Assembly: GCA_963799485.1 (NCBI GenBank)
Contig: CAWCXJ010000002.1
Coordinates: 1 to 64,000 of the forward strand
Length of the DNA stretch: 64,000 nt
Reading direction: 5' to 3'
Origin: an uncultured Trueperaceae bacterium
GTDB lineage: Bacteria > Deinococcota > Deinococci > Deinococcales > Trueperaceae
Shown: piece by piece, positions 1 through 9,700 of the stretch
Position numbering within the stretch: the first letter of the stretch is position 1
Layout: each line of letters starts with the position of its first letter
Made by a program: the position numbers and the translations under genes
Notes under the pieces: generated by a model
What the model saw: the letters and a program-made list of their open reading frames with translations, nothing else
Databases searched by the model: none
What the model was told of the DNA's origin: nothing

Positions 1-30
1 AATAGTTGCGACATTTAGGCGCTATTCGAG
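1..30. other. Predicted attL (core GT at 5-6)
   Basis: A ATA GT joined to C TTT TTA GAT (61315) gives I-V-F-L-D-V-G-Q-G-D; lies just past the integrase stop. Only 4 nt of host arm are visible. Confidence 0.55.
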
Positions 31-1347
31 CGTCAACCGTAAACGCTCACGTGTAGCGACCACGACGATGCTTGCAACGTCCAGCAGCTCGGCAAAGGGC
101 ATCTCGCGGGCGGCGGCGGCGTAAGCGGTGAGGGGGTATTCGGTCGCGGGCCTGACAGTGAGCGCGCGCCGGCGCTTTTCCAGGTCGGTGCGATATTCGC
201 CCAGTTCGGCGGGGGTAATCGCGCCCAGCCTGAACGCCTCGAGCCACCTCGCGTCCTCCTCGGCAAGTGCGGCGAGTTCAGCCTCGGCGCGGGTGTCCGG
301 GGGCGCGTGGTCGTCCAGGAGTTGCCGGAGGGTGTCCGGGTCGGTGAGGGCCGCCCGAACCAGCGTCTCGGCCTCACGCTCGAGCCATGCCCGCTCGATG
401 TCGGGTGCGCCGCATGAGCCCGACGGCAGGCTCTGGCTCTGGCAGCGGTAGCGCTCATAGATGGCGGGGCCGCGGCGTTGGGTCTTGCGGTTGCGCCGCG
501 ACTGCATCCGCCGTCCACACATGTCGCAGCGGATGTGCCCGACCAGGGGCCAGCCCGACGAGGGGTAAGCTCCACGCTTGCCTTTTTGTGCTTTTTGCCA
601 CAACTCAGCCGAGACGATAGGGGGGACGCTCAGGGGGTATTTGCCCCAGCGGTGCTCCCCCCTGTAGGCGGGGTTTTTGATGAGTTTGCCGATGACGGTG
701 CGGTGCCACAGCGGGGTACCGGCTTGCTTGCTCTGCGCGGGGCGGGCGACCGGGACACCCTCGTCGTTGAGGGTGTTCTGGATAGCGAACAGGCTTGAGC
801 CCCCGGCGCTCAGCTCGAAGATGCGGCGCACGACGGCGGCCTGCACGGGGTCGATGATGGCGTGACCGTCCAGGCCACGGTAGCCATACGTTTTGATACC
901 CGTCGGGAGTTTGCCGGATTCTGCCATATGCAGGTGGGCGGCGCGGATGCGGGCGGCAATCTTGCGGCGCTCTTCTGCTGCGAAGACAAATTCAATCCCG
1001 GTCTGCATGTCGTCTTCAACCAGCCCGCGTGTGCTGCTGTGTATCTCTAACCCTGCCTCGCGTAAAAGACGCACGAAACGGTGCCCTAACTCTTCGCTGC
1101 GGGCGAGGCGGTAGAGGTCGTAAATAATGACCGCTTCGTAGAGTTCGGCTTCAGCTAGGAGGCGGTAAAACGCTTCGCGCGTTTCAGACACGCCCGAAAT
1201 TTGGTCGACATAGGTAGCCTGGATGTCAAAACCTGTACGCTCGGCGTAGCGAGCATTGGACTCGAGCTGCACCGGAATACCGTGCCTCGAGTCCCTAAGC
1301 TGCCCCGGTGTTGAAACGCGAGCTAGTGACGCGGCGCGTCTAGGCAT
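22..1347 (-). CDS. Large serine recombinase (integrase)
   Basis: N-terminal ARVST catalytic motif, DLYRLAR, recombinase domain (YGYR...LIKNPAYRG), zinc ribbon CDMCGRRM...YRC, coiled coil. Confidence 0.95.
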   Translation of the reverse strand: MPRRAASLARVSTPGQLRDSRHGIPVQLESNARYAERTGFDIQATYVDQISGVSETREAFYRLLAEAELYEAVIIYDLYRLARSEELGHRFVRLLREAGLEIHSSTRGLVEDDMQTGIEFVFAAEERRKIAARIRAAHLHMAESGKLPTGIKTYGYRGLDGHAIIDPVQAAVVRRIFELSAGGSSLFAIQNTLNDEGVPVARPAQSKQAGTPLWHRTVIGKLIKNPAYRGEHRWGKYPLSVPPIVSAELWQKAQKGKRGAYPSSGWPLVGHIRCDMCGRRMQSRRNRKTQRRGPAIYERYRCQSQSLPSGSCGAPDIERAWLEREAETLVRAALTDPDTLRQLLDDHAPPDTRAEAELAALAEEDARWLEAFRLGAITPAELGEYRTDLEKRRRALTVRPATEYPLTAYAAAAREMPFAELLDVASIVVVATRERLRLTLE

Positions 1348-1370
1348 CGTCGAGAGGTTCGGGCATGGGA

Positions 1371-1943
1371 TTAAGGGGCAAATGCTAGAGCAGGTTCGTC
1401 GGCGATAAATACGGCGCGAAAATCACCTCTCACGACGTCGGAAAATTCTTCGTAAGCCGTACCGCGCCCCTCGAATACCAAGCGGCCCCGGTCATCTGTC
1501 TCGAGTTCGCCGTCGCTATCGCTGACCTCGTAAAGCGGTACCAGATCGTCGGTGCTGCTGAGTCTATACAGTCTGACGGAAAGCTTGCCGTTGCCGTCGA
1601 TGCCCATGACGGCGTAACCCTCGGGGCTGTCGTAACACTGGTTATAACAGTTTTGAAAGAGGCCATAACTTGCGTTCGGAACGTCGGGCTCAAGCGTGTC
1701 GATAATGCTGAAGCGTCCTTCACGGGTCTGGTACGATTCGCCACCTTGAAAGCTCCAGCCCCATTCACCGTAATACATCACGCTTTCACCCGGTACGTCG
1801 GGTTCTGCGGGTGATGGGTCTACGGGTTCGGTCGGCGTCGTTGGCGGGTCTGGTGTTGGCGTGGGGGTCGGAGTCGGGCCGGTGCCACCGCAGGCGGCGA
1901 GTAGAACGGTGAGGGCTACGGGGAGGAAGCGGATCGGTTTCAT
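1371..1943 (-). CDS. Lipoprotein moron (possible superinfection exclusion)
   Basis: Lipobox LLAAC, PT-rich linker, located between integrase and repressor. Confidence 0.75.
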   Translation of the reverse strand: MKPIRFLPVALTVLLAACGGTGPTPTPTPTPDPPTTPTEPVDPSPAEPDVPGESVMYYGEWGWSFQGGESYQTREGRFSIIDTLEPDVPNASYGLFQNCYNQCYDSPEGYAVMGIDGNGKLSVRLYRLSSTDDLVPLYEVSDSDGELETDDRGRLVFEGRGTAYEEFSDVVRGDFRAVFIADEPALAFAP

Positions 1944-1990
1944 GAGGTATCCTTTTCTAAACTAAGTAGGTTGAAGGGTTGAATATAAAG

Positions 1991-2629
1991 TTAATTTTGA
2001 CAAGCGCCAAAAAGCTGATCTGTTAAACCAGAGAGACCGCCGACATTGAAAACGGCTGTCTTTGGGCTTTCACTATAGGGTGTCACTTGTGCGACATACT
2101 TGCCATTATCACTTGCCGCCAAACTGTTAATAAAATCCACAGCGTCTTGTTCGCCGCCTGGATAAAAAGTGGCTTGACTATCTGTACTAACGGTCCAGTT
2201 GTCTGAAGAAGCCGGGGATGAACCTACCCGCGAAATAACATCTGCCCCATCGTCTGACGAGCCGAGATAATCATTCCAAACAATGTAAGCTTCAATTTCA
2301 CCGCTTTTACAACGTAAAACTAAACCAACCGGCTGCCCGAAACGAGAGCTTGAACTGCCTTCATCGGCGTCATTGACCAGCACAACTGTCTGGGAATCAT
2401 CTACCGGATTTGTATCAACCGAAACATCCCAATTATCCGTTGACGATGAAACCGGCGCAGTAGTGTCGTCTGCCAGCTTGTCGTAACACGCTAATCTCGC
2501 ATCGGTTCCTTCTATAGCTGAGCAAGTTAAAAGCCCAGCTGATACATCTTCTTGAGCTGAAACGAGACTTACAAAGGTCAAAGCTAAGCTCGAAGCAAAA
2601 GTCAGAGAAAGTAAACGGACAGTTTTCAT
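1991..2629 (-). CDS. Exported protein, VasI/TagO-like
   Basis: Signal peptide, C..IE...RLACYD motif, AT-rich; family call by motif resemblance. Confidence 0.6.
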   Translation of the reverse strand: MKTVRLLSLTFASSLALTFVSLVSAQEDVSAGLLTCSAIEGTDARLACYDKLADDTTAPVSSSTDNWDVSVDTNPVDDSQTVVLVNDADEGSSSSRFGQPVGLVLRCKSGEIEAYIVWNDYLGSSDDGADVISRVGSSPASSDNWTVSTDSQATFYPGGEQDAVDFINSLAASDNGKYVAQVTPYSESPKTAVFNVGGLSGLTDQLFGACQN

Positions 2630-2704
2630 TGCATCTCCTTATGTGTGCGTAATCGGGCATTTCTTACTTTTTGCGAGTTTGTGAAGTAAAAATTTTTCAC
2701 GGTT

Positions 2705-3547
2705 TTACTCTCGAGCTTTCTTCATACGCGCTCTGTTTAAGCGCCGCATCTCAGCCCGATCTTCAGTGATTCGGTTTATATAAACCCCAACTTTTATAAG
2801 CTCATCTCCTTCCTCGAGCACAATAGGTTCGTAACGATCGTTGTAGCTCCGTAAAACGATGCGCCCCTCACGCCCAAATATCTTGAATATGCGGTGCCAC
2901 TCACCGTACTTGAACAGGTCGGCTACGAGTATGTCCCCTTCCTGCGGCTCTTCAACTATGTCAATGATGAAGCGATGACCGGGTTGAAAACTTAAACGCA
3001 AATCTTCACATGCCATACTGTAGCCAAACACTTCGACCACTCGGCAATTTTCCGGTTTGTGCCCGTCTAAATACACCTCGGCAAGCTGTAACGTCCTTCC
3101 CCCCCTAACTCCCCGACCAGCCGCGTTATGGTCTTCTTGAGTTCCCCCTTGGGCTTGTAAAATCGGTATTTCAACCAGTTTACCGACGCCTGGGAGTTCA
3201 GGCAAATCGTTGGGTGGCAGAACACTTTTCAAATCTTCTATTAAATCGTCGAAAAGTGGTTTTGCTAAACCTCGAGCTTCGTCGAGTGCAAACCCGTATC
3301 TGCTTATGAATTGCACTGCGAACTCTGCGCCGCGCGCTTTGATACGGTGCGTTTCGCGTTCGTAAAGGCTGACCGTCGTTTGATCCATGCCAAACGGTTC
3401 GCCAATCCACCCCTGTTTCACCCCGGTATCAAGGCGCTTCTCTTTGAGAACGCTCGTCAAACTATATTGATTAGCGATCACAAAAAAGTCCTGCCATGTG
3501 GCGAAGTCTACGTCAGTTCTTAGTAGTGCTTGCATATCTAAGAACAT
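2705..3547 (-). CDS. CI-like repressor (XRE HTH plus S24 peptidase)
   Basis: HTH (QGWIGEPFGMDQTTVSLYE), GYSM catalytic Ser, downstream Lys (IFKIF), LRSYN; divergent from early genes. Confidence 0.88.
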   Translation of the reverse strand: MFLDMQALLRTDVDFATWQDFFVIANQYSLTSVLKEKRLDTGVKQGWIGEPFGMDQTTVSLYERETHRIKARGAEFAVQFISRYGFALDEARGLAKPLFDDLIEDLKSVLPPNDLPELPGVGKLVEIPILQAQGGTQEDHNAAGRGVRGGRTLQLAEVYLDGHKPENCRVVEVFGYSMACEDLRLSFQPGHRFIIDIVEEPQEGDILVADLFKYGEWHRIFKIFGREGRIVLRSYNDRYEPIVLEEGDELIKVGVYINRITEDRAEMRRLNRARMKKARE

Positions 3548-3672
3548 TCATAGTAGAATAAAGCAACCCTGTCAAGGGAAACGCCAGTTTATGAAAGGAG
3601 AATGAAGAATTTAACCTCTTGTGGAAGGAGGGCGCATCTGTATATCTATATCTACTAAGATCATTCATAGTA
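3518..3672. promoter_or_regulatory. Lysis/lysogeny switch with repeated operators
   Basis: CTAAGAACATTCATAGTA (3538-3555) and CTAAGATCATTCATAGTA (3655-3672), 17/18 identical, quasi-palindromic; half-site TCTTAGTA at 3518-3525. Confidence 0.7.
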
Positions 3673-3686
3673 AACTTGGAGGCACG

Positions 3687-3887
3687 ATGAGACAAAAGCA
3701 AGACCGCGAATGGCTACAAGTTCAGGTGCAAAGCGAATTAAAACACGCGTTGCGCGTAAAAGCAGCCCAGGACAAAGAAACAATGACGACTGCAATTGAG
3801 GCACTTGTGCGGCTGTACGTGTCGGGCAACGTCAGCCTTCAGGGAACATCAGAACTCGAGCCCAAAAAGGAGGCCACACCTTGCTAG
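3687..3887 (+). CDS. Ribbon-helix-helix regulator at the cro position
   Basis: GGAGG SD then ATG 3687; LQVQVQSELKHALRVKAAQ...MTTAIEALV fits the RHH pattern. Confidence 0.7.
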   Translation: MRQKQDREWLQVQVQSELKHALRVKAAQDKETMTTAIEALVRLYVSGNVSLQGTSELEPKKEATPC

Positions 3888-4127
3888 GCCAGCCCCTCAA
3901 ACTCACCCTCTACTTGCACAGCGGGCACGGGGTACGCGCCACCCTAAAACGTCGGCGGGCAGCGCTCGGGCAGAAACGGACAACCTCGTGAAACTCGACT
4001 ACACCAAACACCCCGCAGCCGCCAGACGGTTGCGTGAAGGACTCGAGGCGTTTATCGCGCGGCAGAGGGTGGGGCCGCCAAAAGTCGAGCGGGCGCTGAG
4101 GGAGCGTACGGAAAAGAGGGCGGCAGC

Positions 4128-4394
4128 ATGAGCGAAAAACCCGAAGTCCGCCTCGACAACTGGGAGTATCACGAGGCCCCAGACCCATACTGGCAGCGAA
4201 CAAACGTTCTCTCTGGTGTTCCGGTTGGACATCCCCGGTTTGGCGACGACCCAACACCCATCACGACCTCGGAAGTTGTCGGCAAGCGTGGGGCCGCTGT
4301 TGAGACGCAAAACACCATCTACAAGCTTGGTGTTTGGTCGGGACGCGGTTTAAGTCCCGAGCAACTGCTCAAAAAGTTGTTGGTAGCGAATTGA
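4128..4394 (+). CDS. Phage hypothetical protein
   Basis: ATGA-coupled; GHPRFGD..ITTS..VETQNTIYKLG resembles a common phage family. Confidence 0.7.
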   Translation: MSEKPEVRLDNWEYHEAPDPYWQRTNVLSGVPVGHPRFGDDPTPITTSEVVGKRGAAVETQNTIYKLGVWSGRGLSPEQLLKKLLVAN

Positions 4395-4631
4395 GCATTT
4401 CAGCACTCGCCAACCTCACCGCGATGTACAAACGCGGCGTGTTCAGCACGGCGGAATATGCCGAGGCCCTGCGCAACCTGCACGACTCGAGCACCGACCT
4501 CGACTTTCGGAGCCTCGTGCGGCGTCGGCTCAAGTCGGTTTTGAAGGCGTCGTGACCTGATTTTCGGGAATTGAAAAACCGGGCCGAAGCCCGGAAGTCT
4601 AGCCCGCTCGCCTGCGGGAGATTGGATAACT

Positions 4632-4988
4632 ATGCAAAGTGTAGCACAGACGCAGCCGGTCACACAGACCCCTTCACAGCGGCTTGTCCGGGAGATTCCA
4701 GGCTTCATCTACCGGCACCGGCAAACGGGCGAGTTGTTGGGGATACTTAGCTGCGATTCGGGCCACTGGCTCGAGACGCTGGACGCGTCCGGTTACAAAA
4801 GCGAACGGCACCTGAGAGACATTACGAACGCCCACGAGCGCGTGTCTCAAGGGTCGCTACGGGCAACGCGGGAGGTCGTGACAGACCACGGTGGGGAGTT
4901 TGCCGCCACCCGCGTCGTTTGGAGTGTTGACCGGTACGAACTGCTCGGGGCAATGCGGGCGCTGGAAGAAAGCAGGGCGGCATGTTGA
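4632..4988 (+). CDS. Phage hypothetical protein
   Basis: ORF with GGGAG SD downstream of a hairpin. Confidence 0.65.
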   Translation: MQSVAQTQPVTQTPSQRLVREIPGFIYRHRQTGELLGILSCDSGHWLETLDASGYKSERHLRDITNAHERVSQGSLRATREVVTDHGGEFAATRVVWSVDRYELLGAMRALEESRAAC

Positions 4989-5719
4989 ACGCTGAGGCGA
5001 AACAGGAACTTATCGAGATTGCCCAGGAGCATTACGACGCCGACGCAATCATAGCCGGGACGTATGGCGACGTTGAAAACGGCGAGTTTAGGGGTTGCGC
5101 CGTCGGCTGCATCAATCACGGTTTAGCGCAGCGGCGGAAACTCGACATCGAATGGGGAGACCATGCGGCGGCGGCGAGGGAGACAGGCGTACCAGAATGG
5201 TTGTATTACCTCGTAGACGACCTGTTTGAAAACGCCGCGGAGGGTCGCCGTGAGTTCGTGCGCGACTTCCCAAAACATTTACCCATCGACACCGATTTTC
5301 AACCCGTCCTGCACCGTTTTTTGCTGTTTGTGCTGACCGACGCCGAGCACGGAGCATTGCAGCACGCCGACGATAGGGGCCGAAAGACCATCTTGAACGT
5401 CGCGGCGCTGCATGAGCGTGCACTAGCGGGAGATATGCCGAGCACGGATGATTGGGCGGCGACACGGGCGGCGGCAGAGGCGGCGACACGGGCGGCGGCA
5501 GAGGCGGCGACACGGACGGCGGCAGAGGCGGCGGTATGGACGGCGGCAGAGGCGGCGACAGAGGGGGCACGGGCGGCGACACGGGCGGCGACACGGGCGG
5601 CGACACGGGCGGCGGCAGAGGCGGCGACAGAGGGGGCGGTATGGGCGGCATGGAAGGCGGTATGGGCGGCATACCGCGTGAAACTCCTCGAGCTGTTAGA
5701 CGAGGCGGGCCGTGCCTGA
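4982..5719 (+). CDS. Phage protein with Ala-rich repeat C-terminus
   Basis: GCAVGC motif; AATR/AAAE/AAVW repeats. Confidence 0.75.
   Translation: MLNAEAKQELIEIAQEHYDADAIIAGTYGDVENGEFRGCAVGCINHGLAQRRKLDIEWGDHAAAARETGVPEWLYYLVDDLFENAAEGRREFVRDFPKHLPIDTDFQPVLHRFLLFVLTDAEHGALQHADDRGRKTILNVAALHERALAGDMPSTDDWAATRAAAEAATRAAAEAATRTAAEAAVWTAAEAATEGARAATRAATRAATRAAAEAATEGAVWAAWKAVWAAYRVKLLELLDEAGRA
5455..5670 (+). repeat. Tandem 12-bp coding repeats
   Basis: GCGGCGACACGG / GCGGCGGCAGAG units. Confidence 0.9.
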
Positions 5720-5988
5720 GTTTCTCTCGGTGCAGGTGTTTGTGGAGGCCGGACAGTGGTAGCCACAGCGCCTCTCGAGCTGCCCGTGCTACCCCCGGCG
5801 GTAACGGTGGCGTGGCTTAGGCCAGATGAAGCGGAAGAAGATTTATGTCTCAGAAAGGTGCGTGTGGTGCTTAAGACAGAGGGTCAGCTTTGGGGTGTCT
5901 ACGGCCCTTCATATCTTGTCGAGGGATACGCGAAACGGGCGAAAAAACAGTTGTGGACGGTCGTTTGCAACGCCAAAGGAGTGCGCTG

Positions 5989-6381
5989 ATGTGCGCTGAA
6001 TCGCAGATAAGGTACAGCTCGGAAACCATCCATACCCTTGCCGCGAAGCTAGCCCAAAGCACCGACCCGGCAGACCTGAGAGCCTCCCAAGAGCTGCGTA
6101 AAGTTGCGGACACTTTATGGGAGATGGACAAGGCCCGTGTAGGCGCTGAGAGGGCCGCAGACGCTCAGCAGGAGCATGTGCAGGGCATTTTGGCGAGCGT
6201 AGAGACCGAAGCGGAAATCGGCGGTCTCACGGCGGCGGCGGGGCAGGTCAAGTGGTCACGCCGCTCAGTTCTTACTGGGCGGGTTTACCTCGAGGTCGTC
6301 TTATGCGAAAACGAACTGCGGGTGGGCAGACGGGGCGACAAGGTTTTGCTGATCGGAGAGTTTGACGATGCTCGGCCCTGA
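5989..6381 (+). CDS. Phage hypothetical protein
   Basis: TGATG coupling with upstream ORF, AGGAG SD. Confidence 0.6.
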   Translation: MCAESQIRYSSETIHTLAAKLAQSTDPADLRASQELRKVADTLWEMDKARVGAERAADAQQEHVQGILASVETEAEIGGLTAAAGQVKWSRRSVLTGRVYLEVVLCENELRVGRRGDKVLLIGEFDDARP

Positions 6382-6465
6382 ACTCTGGCTGCTCATCAAG
6401 GCGGCGCTGCTTATCGCCGGGGCGCTGGGGCTCGAGGCCTACGGGCGGCGTAGGGAGAGGCGCTG

Positions 6466-6618
6466 ATGTGGTGGCCTCTATTTGCTTCACTCGGCGCGCT
6501 GGTGGTGGTCGTGCTGCTCTTGTGGCTCGAGCGCAAAGGGTCTTGTTTTTACTGTTCGGGTTCGGGAACGGTGGGGCGTGAATTTTGCCCGGTGTGCCTA
6601 GGGAAGGGAAAAAGATGA
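6466..6618 (+). CDS. Small membrane protein with DnaJ-type zinc-finger motifs
   Basis: Not in ORF track; MWWPLFASLGALVVVVLLLWLERKGSCFYCSGSG...CPVCLGKG. Confidence 0.6.
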   Translation: MWWPLFASLGALVVVVLLLWLERKGSCFYCSGSGTVGREFCPVCLGKGKR

Positions 6619-6649
6619 CAGAGAGTTTTACTGTGCCTGACGCGAAAAG

Positions 6650-6728
6650 TGTTATAATTAAAGCGCCCCCAGCGGTTGTTCTTGGCAGAGAACCGAAGGG
6701 GACATACACACGCGGAGGTGTGCAGATG
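6650..6728 (+). promoter_or_regulatory. Extended -10 promoter plus two-hairpin leader of HNH gene
   Basis: TGTTATAAT; CCCC-CGGTT..TTGGC..AACCG-GGGG; CACAC/GTGTG stem around GGAG. Confidence 0.75.
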
Positions 6729-7367
6729 AATCGTATCACGACTCACCCTATTGGTGAAAAGTTTTGGTTTTGGACTGTTCTCGGCGTGGCTCCGAGAACA
6801 AAGCAGATGCTTTACTACATCGTCGAATGCGAGTGCGGCGTAGTAAAAGAAGTTCAACGCGTCGCGCTTCTAAACGGGAAAACTAAAAGTTGCGGTTGTC
6901 AGTCAAGGCGCATGATCGCTGAGAGTCGTACAAGTCACGGCGCGTCCACGACGAACGGCAGAACGCCTGAATATCGCGCATGGTTAGCGATGAAAAATCG
7001 TTGCTCGAGTCCAAAAAGCCAACAGTGGGGAAATTACGGCGGGCGCGGTATTACAGTCTGCGAGCGCTGGCTTAACTCGTTTGAAAACTTTTTGGAGGAC
7101 ATGGGGCCGCGTCCCGGCCCTGGATATTCTTTAGACCGTGAGGACAACGAAAAGGGGTATTCACCGGATAACTGCCGGTGGGCTACAGCTAAAACGCAAC
7201 TGAACAACAGGCGTGCCAATCATTACCTCGAGTACGAAGGTCAAAGTATGACCTTGACGCAGTGGGCTGAAAAGTTGGGCATGGCGACTTATGTACTAAA
7301 GTCGAGGATTAAAAACGGCTGGACAGTTGCACGTGCTTTTAACGAGCCGGTCAAGAGCCGCAAATGA
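6726..7367 (+). CDS. HNH-like free-standing endonuclease
   Basis: ECECG, SCGC, YGGRGITVCERW, SLDREDNEKGYSPDNCRWAT; start moved to ATG 6726 after GGAGG. Confidence 0.85.
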   Translation: MNRITTHPIGEKFWFWTVLGVAPRTKQMLYYIVECECGVVKEVQRVALLNGKTKSCGCQSRRMIAESRTSHGASTTNGRTPEYRAWLAMKNRCSSPKSQQWGNYGGRGITVCERWLNSFENFLEDMGPRPGPGYSLDREDNEKGYSPDNCRWATAKTQLNNRRANHYLEYEGQSMTLTQWAEKLGMATYVLKSRIKNGWTVARAFNEPVKSRK

Positions 7368-8812
7368 GCAACTTAGCGATTGACCAAAACCCGTTCGCTA
7401 CGCTGGACATTTACGCCGAAAATGGCGTGCAGCCTGAAGCGCCTCGTGTTGATTGCATATCGACCATCAGCGCCGGTACCAAGAAAAAGACCGTCAAAAA
7501 CGGCAAAGAAGTTTGGTATCCGGTCGCGTCACGTGATGGCACGATATGCCACCATGACCCGGAGGGGCGCGCTCCGGGACTTGCGGCGATGCTCCGTAAA
7601 GACCCGAAAAAACTTACGATTACGTTTCCGTTTGACAATCCCAAACAGTTTATTCAACAGCGGTTTGTCAGATACAGCGCGTCGCGCCTCGAGGTCTACG
7701 GCGATGAGCATAGTTTGACGGAGATTAAACTCAGCGGCCCTCAGGACAAACCCGTAGCAACTCGGGTAATACATGAATCAGGCACCGAGGGATATGAGCA
7801 GCTACGCAAAACGTGCAAAGTCTCCTCGAGCGTGTATTTTCTCCTTGCTGAATGGGATGAGCAAGGCGTTCCCAGAGTTCTGTTTCCCGACGGTCTAGGC
7901 TTCCAAAGGCTCAGGTTCACCTCCAGAAATAGCCTGAGCAACTTTATGGCGCAGCTTAAGCTCGTACACGAATTCACGGGCGGGCGGTTAGCAGGCGTTC
8001 CGTTTGACCTCCGGCTGATTAACCGCGAAGTGTCCGACTCGACCGGCGCGAAACGCACTGTGCCGCTCTGGACGATTACTATGCGCCGTCCCGGTGAGAT
8101 GGCGATTACGAGCGATAACTTCCGGCACATCCTCACCTCCGGGCTTCATGCGGGCGACCAGCTCAAGCTGCCGCCGCCGAGCGCCGAAACCGTTGAGATG
8201 GTAGCGCTTGAGCCCGACCTAGACCTCGACGCCGTAACGCTGGACGAAGACGACATCCGGAGACTCGAAAACGGTATCGACCCTGGTCACCGCCGCCGTC
8301 AGTGGTTCGGTGCGGTACGGCATACCTACTTGGACGACGACGACGCGCGCGCCGAGTTTTTGGCCGAGTACGCGCAGGGGATCACGAGCTTAAACGACGC
8401 TGTGAAATATCTGGAACAGCCCGAATGGGACGCGGTGTTAGAGGCGGTCACGGTCACTGTGAGGGAGCGCGAAGAGGCGCGGCTGGCTGCCGAGCACGAG
8501 GCGCGCAACACCGACCCGCAGAGTTATCAGGAGGGCGTCACCGAGAAGCACGTGGCGTTTTTGAATGCGCAGCTAAAACGTGCTGGGGTACGTGACGCCG
8601 AACGGTTCGATTTTCTCTCGTGGCTCTTAGGTGACGAGATTCGCAAAAACGCCGACGTGACGCCCGAACACCTGGAGGCGCTAAAAGGGTTTTTCGGAAC
8701 CGTTAAAGACAATTTGTACCATCCGATCACCGACGGCAAGCTCGCCGACATGATGCACGACTATCACGAGTACGCCCGCAGCGATGAAGCCGCTTTGGAT
8801 GTTTTAGGTTAA
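7364..8812 (+). CDS. Gp3-like recombination directionality factor family protein with C-terminal extension
   Basis: ISAGTKK..YPV, CK....YFLL, GLGFQRLRFTSRNS, GRLAGVPFDLRL resemble the phiC31 gp3-like family. Confidence 0.6.
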   Translation: MSNLAIDQNPFATLDIYAENGVQPEAPRVDCISTISAGTKKKTVKNGKEVWYPVASRDGTICHHDPEGRAPGLAAMLRKDPKKLTITFPFDNPKQFIQQRFVRYSASRLEVYGDEHSLTEIKLSGPQDKPVATRVIHESGTEGYEQLRKTCKVSSSVYFLLAEWDEQGVPRVLFPDGLGFQRLRFTSRNSLSNFMAQLKLVHEFTGGRLAGVPFDLRLINREVSDSTGAKRTVPLWTITMRRPGEMAITSDNFRHILTSGLHAGDQLKLPPPSAETVEMVALEPDLDLDAVTLDEDDIRRLENGIDPGHRRRQWFGAVRHTYLDDDDARAEFLAEYAQGITSLNDAVKYLEQPEWDAVLEAVTVTVREREEARLAAEHEARNTDPQSYQEGVTEKHVAFLNAQLKRAGVRDAERFDFLSWLLGDEIRKNADVTPEHLEALKGFFGTVKDNLYHPITDGKLADMMHDYHEYARSDEAALDVLG

Positions 8813-8820
8813 ACCAGTTC

Positions 8821-8850
8821 AGCCCTCACCACATCCGGTGAGGGCTTTTG
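8821..8850 (+). terminator. Intrinsic terminator
   Basis: AGCCCTCACC-acatcc-GGTGAGGGCT-TTTG. Confidence 0.85.
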
Positions 8851-8918
8851 ACAGCTCGAGAGGTTGAGATGACATTAAAAAATAAGGGGCTCCTAGCCTT
8901 ACGGCACGCAGCCCATAC

Positions 8919-9377
8919 TTATTTTCCCCATATCAACGCATTCGGTAAATGTTGAGAAATTTTCAGCATTCCGAGATGTGCGAGAGCGTGGTGATTGGGG
9001 CAGAGCGCAATCAGATTGCTAGCGTCGTTGTTAGCCGAATCACCATCAATGTGGTGAACGTGAATGTGATAGGCAAACTCGCAGTAATGGCATTTGGATG
9101 TGTCAATAACAGCTCTGTATGGTCGCTCAATCTCGTTCCGGTATTTACGCTTTCTTTCATTGTTTTCAATTCGGCAGTTTTTACAGAATACCCCCATTAC
9201 ATCGCCTTTAGGCTTTCCGCAGCGCGTACAAAGGCTTTGAGCTTTCCGCTTAGCGTACTGCAATTTCCGAATGGGCTTAGCTTTCTCCAAACATCTATCA
9301 CAACATTTTTTGTTTTCAGAAAAGGTGGCATGTTTTGATTTACATTTGCTACAAATACGTTTTGCTAAAATACTCAT
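8919..9377 (-). CDS. HNH endonuclease with Cys-rich N-terminus
   Basis: CHYCE..HVHHIDGD..NNDASNLIALCPNHH; ATG 9377 after AGGAG. Confidence 0.88.
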   Translation of the reverse strand: MSILAKRICSKCKSKHATFSENKKCCDRCLEKAKPIRKLQYAKRKAQSLCTRCGKPKGDVMGVFCKNCRIENNERKRKYRNEIERPYRAVIDTSKCHYCEFAYHIHVHHIDGDSANNDASNLIALCPNHHALAHLGMLKISQHLPNALIWGK

Positions 9378-9457
9378 CAGCGCATCTCCTATGTGCGTTA
9401 GCGTCTGGGTTCGGCTGCCTGCCAAGAAAGCCGTCTCAGACGTGCTTTATTATAGCA
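9375..9457 (-). promoter_or_regulatory. Extended -10 promoter plus two-hairpin leader of HNH gene
   Basis: TGCTATAAT; CGTCTG-CGGCT..TTGGC..AGCCG-CAGACG; CTAAC; CGCA/TGCG stem around AGGAG. Confidence 0.78.
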
Positions 9458-9640
9458 CAAAAGGGGCTCCGAACTGTTTTTACACTGGCAGTTCAGAGCC
9501 GGGTGAATCCTACTACACCGGACGTGCCAGCCTTCAGATTCGCCTTAAGGATAGCAGAAACGGCGTTGCAGCAGCAAAACAGAAAGAGTATACTCGAGTC
9601 AAGCAAAGTGCCGGACGGCATTTTCTTAAGGCAACAAAAA

Positions 9641-9700
9641 CGCCCCTCAAACGGTGCTCTAACACCTCGGGGCGGTCAACCTATTGGGAGGCTGACAGTG
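9641..9700 (+). promoter_or_regulatory. Two-hairpin leader of HNH-AP2 gene
   Basis: CGCCCC-GGTG ctctaa CACC-GGGGCG, then GTCAaCC/GGcTGAC overlapping GGGAGG. Confidence 0.65.

Noticed and set aside
9..17. CGACATTTA versus TAGATGTCG (61320-61328) as terminal inverted repeats
   Set aside because: Only 8/9 bp, and the right copy is comEC coding sequence outside the predicted boundary
5455..5670. Tandem GC-rich repeats as CRISPR or non-coding array
   Set aside because: In-frame 12-bp units encoding Ala-rich repeats; no unique spacers or cas genes
9335..9697. N-terminal 121 aa of track ORF 9335..10423, and similar extensions at 6585 and 17819
   Set aside because: They run through promoters and leader hairpins; SD-supported starts lie downstream
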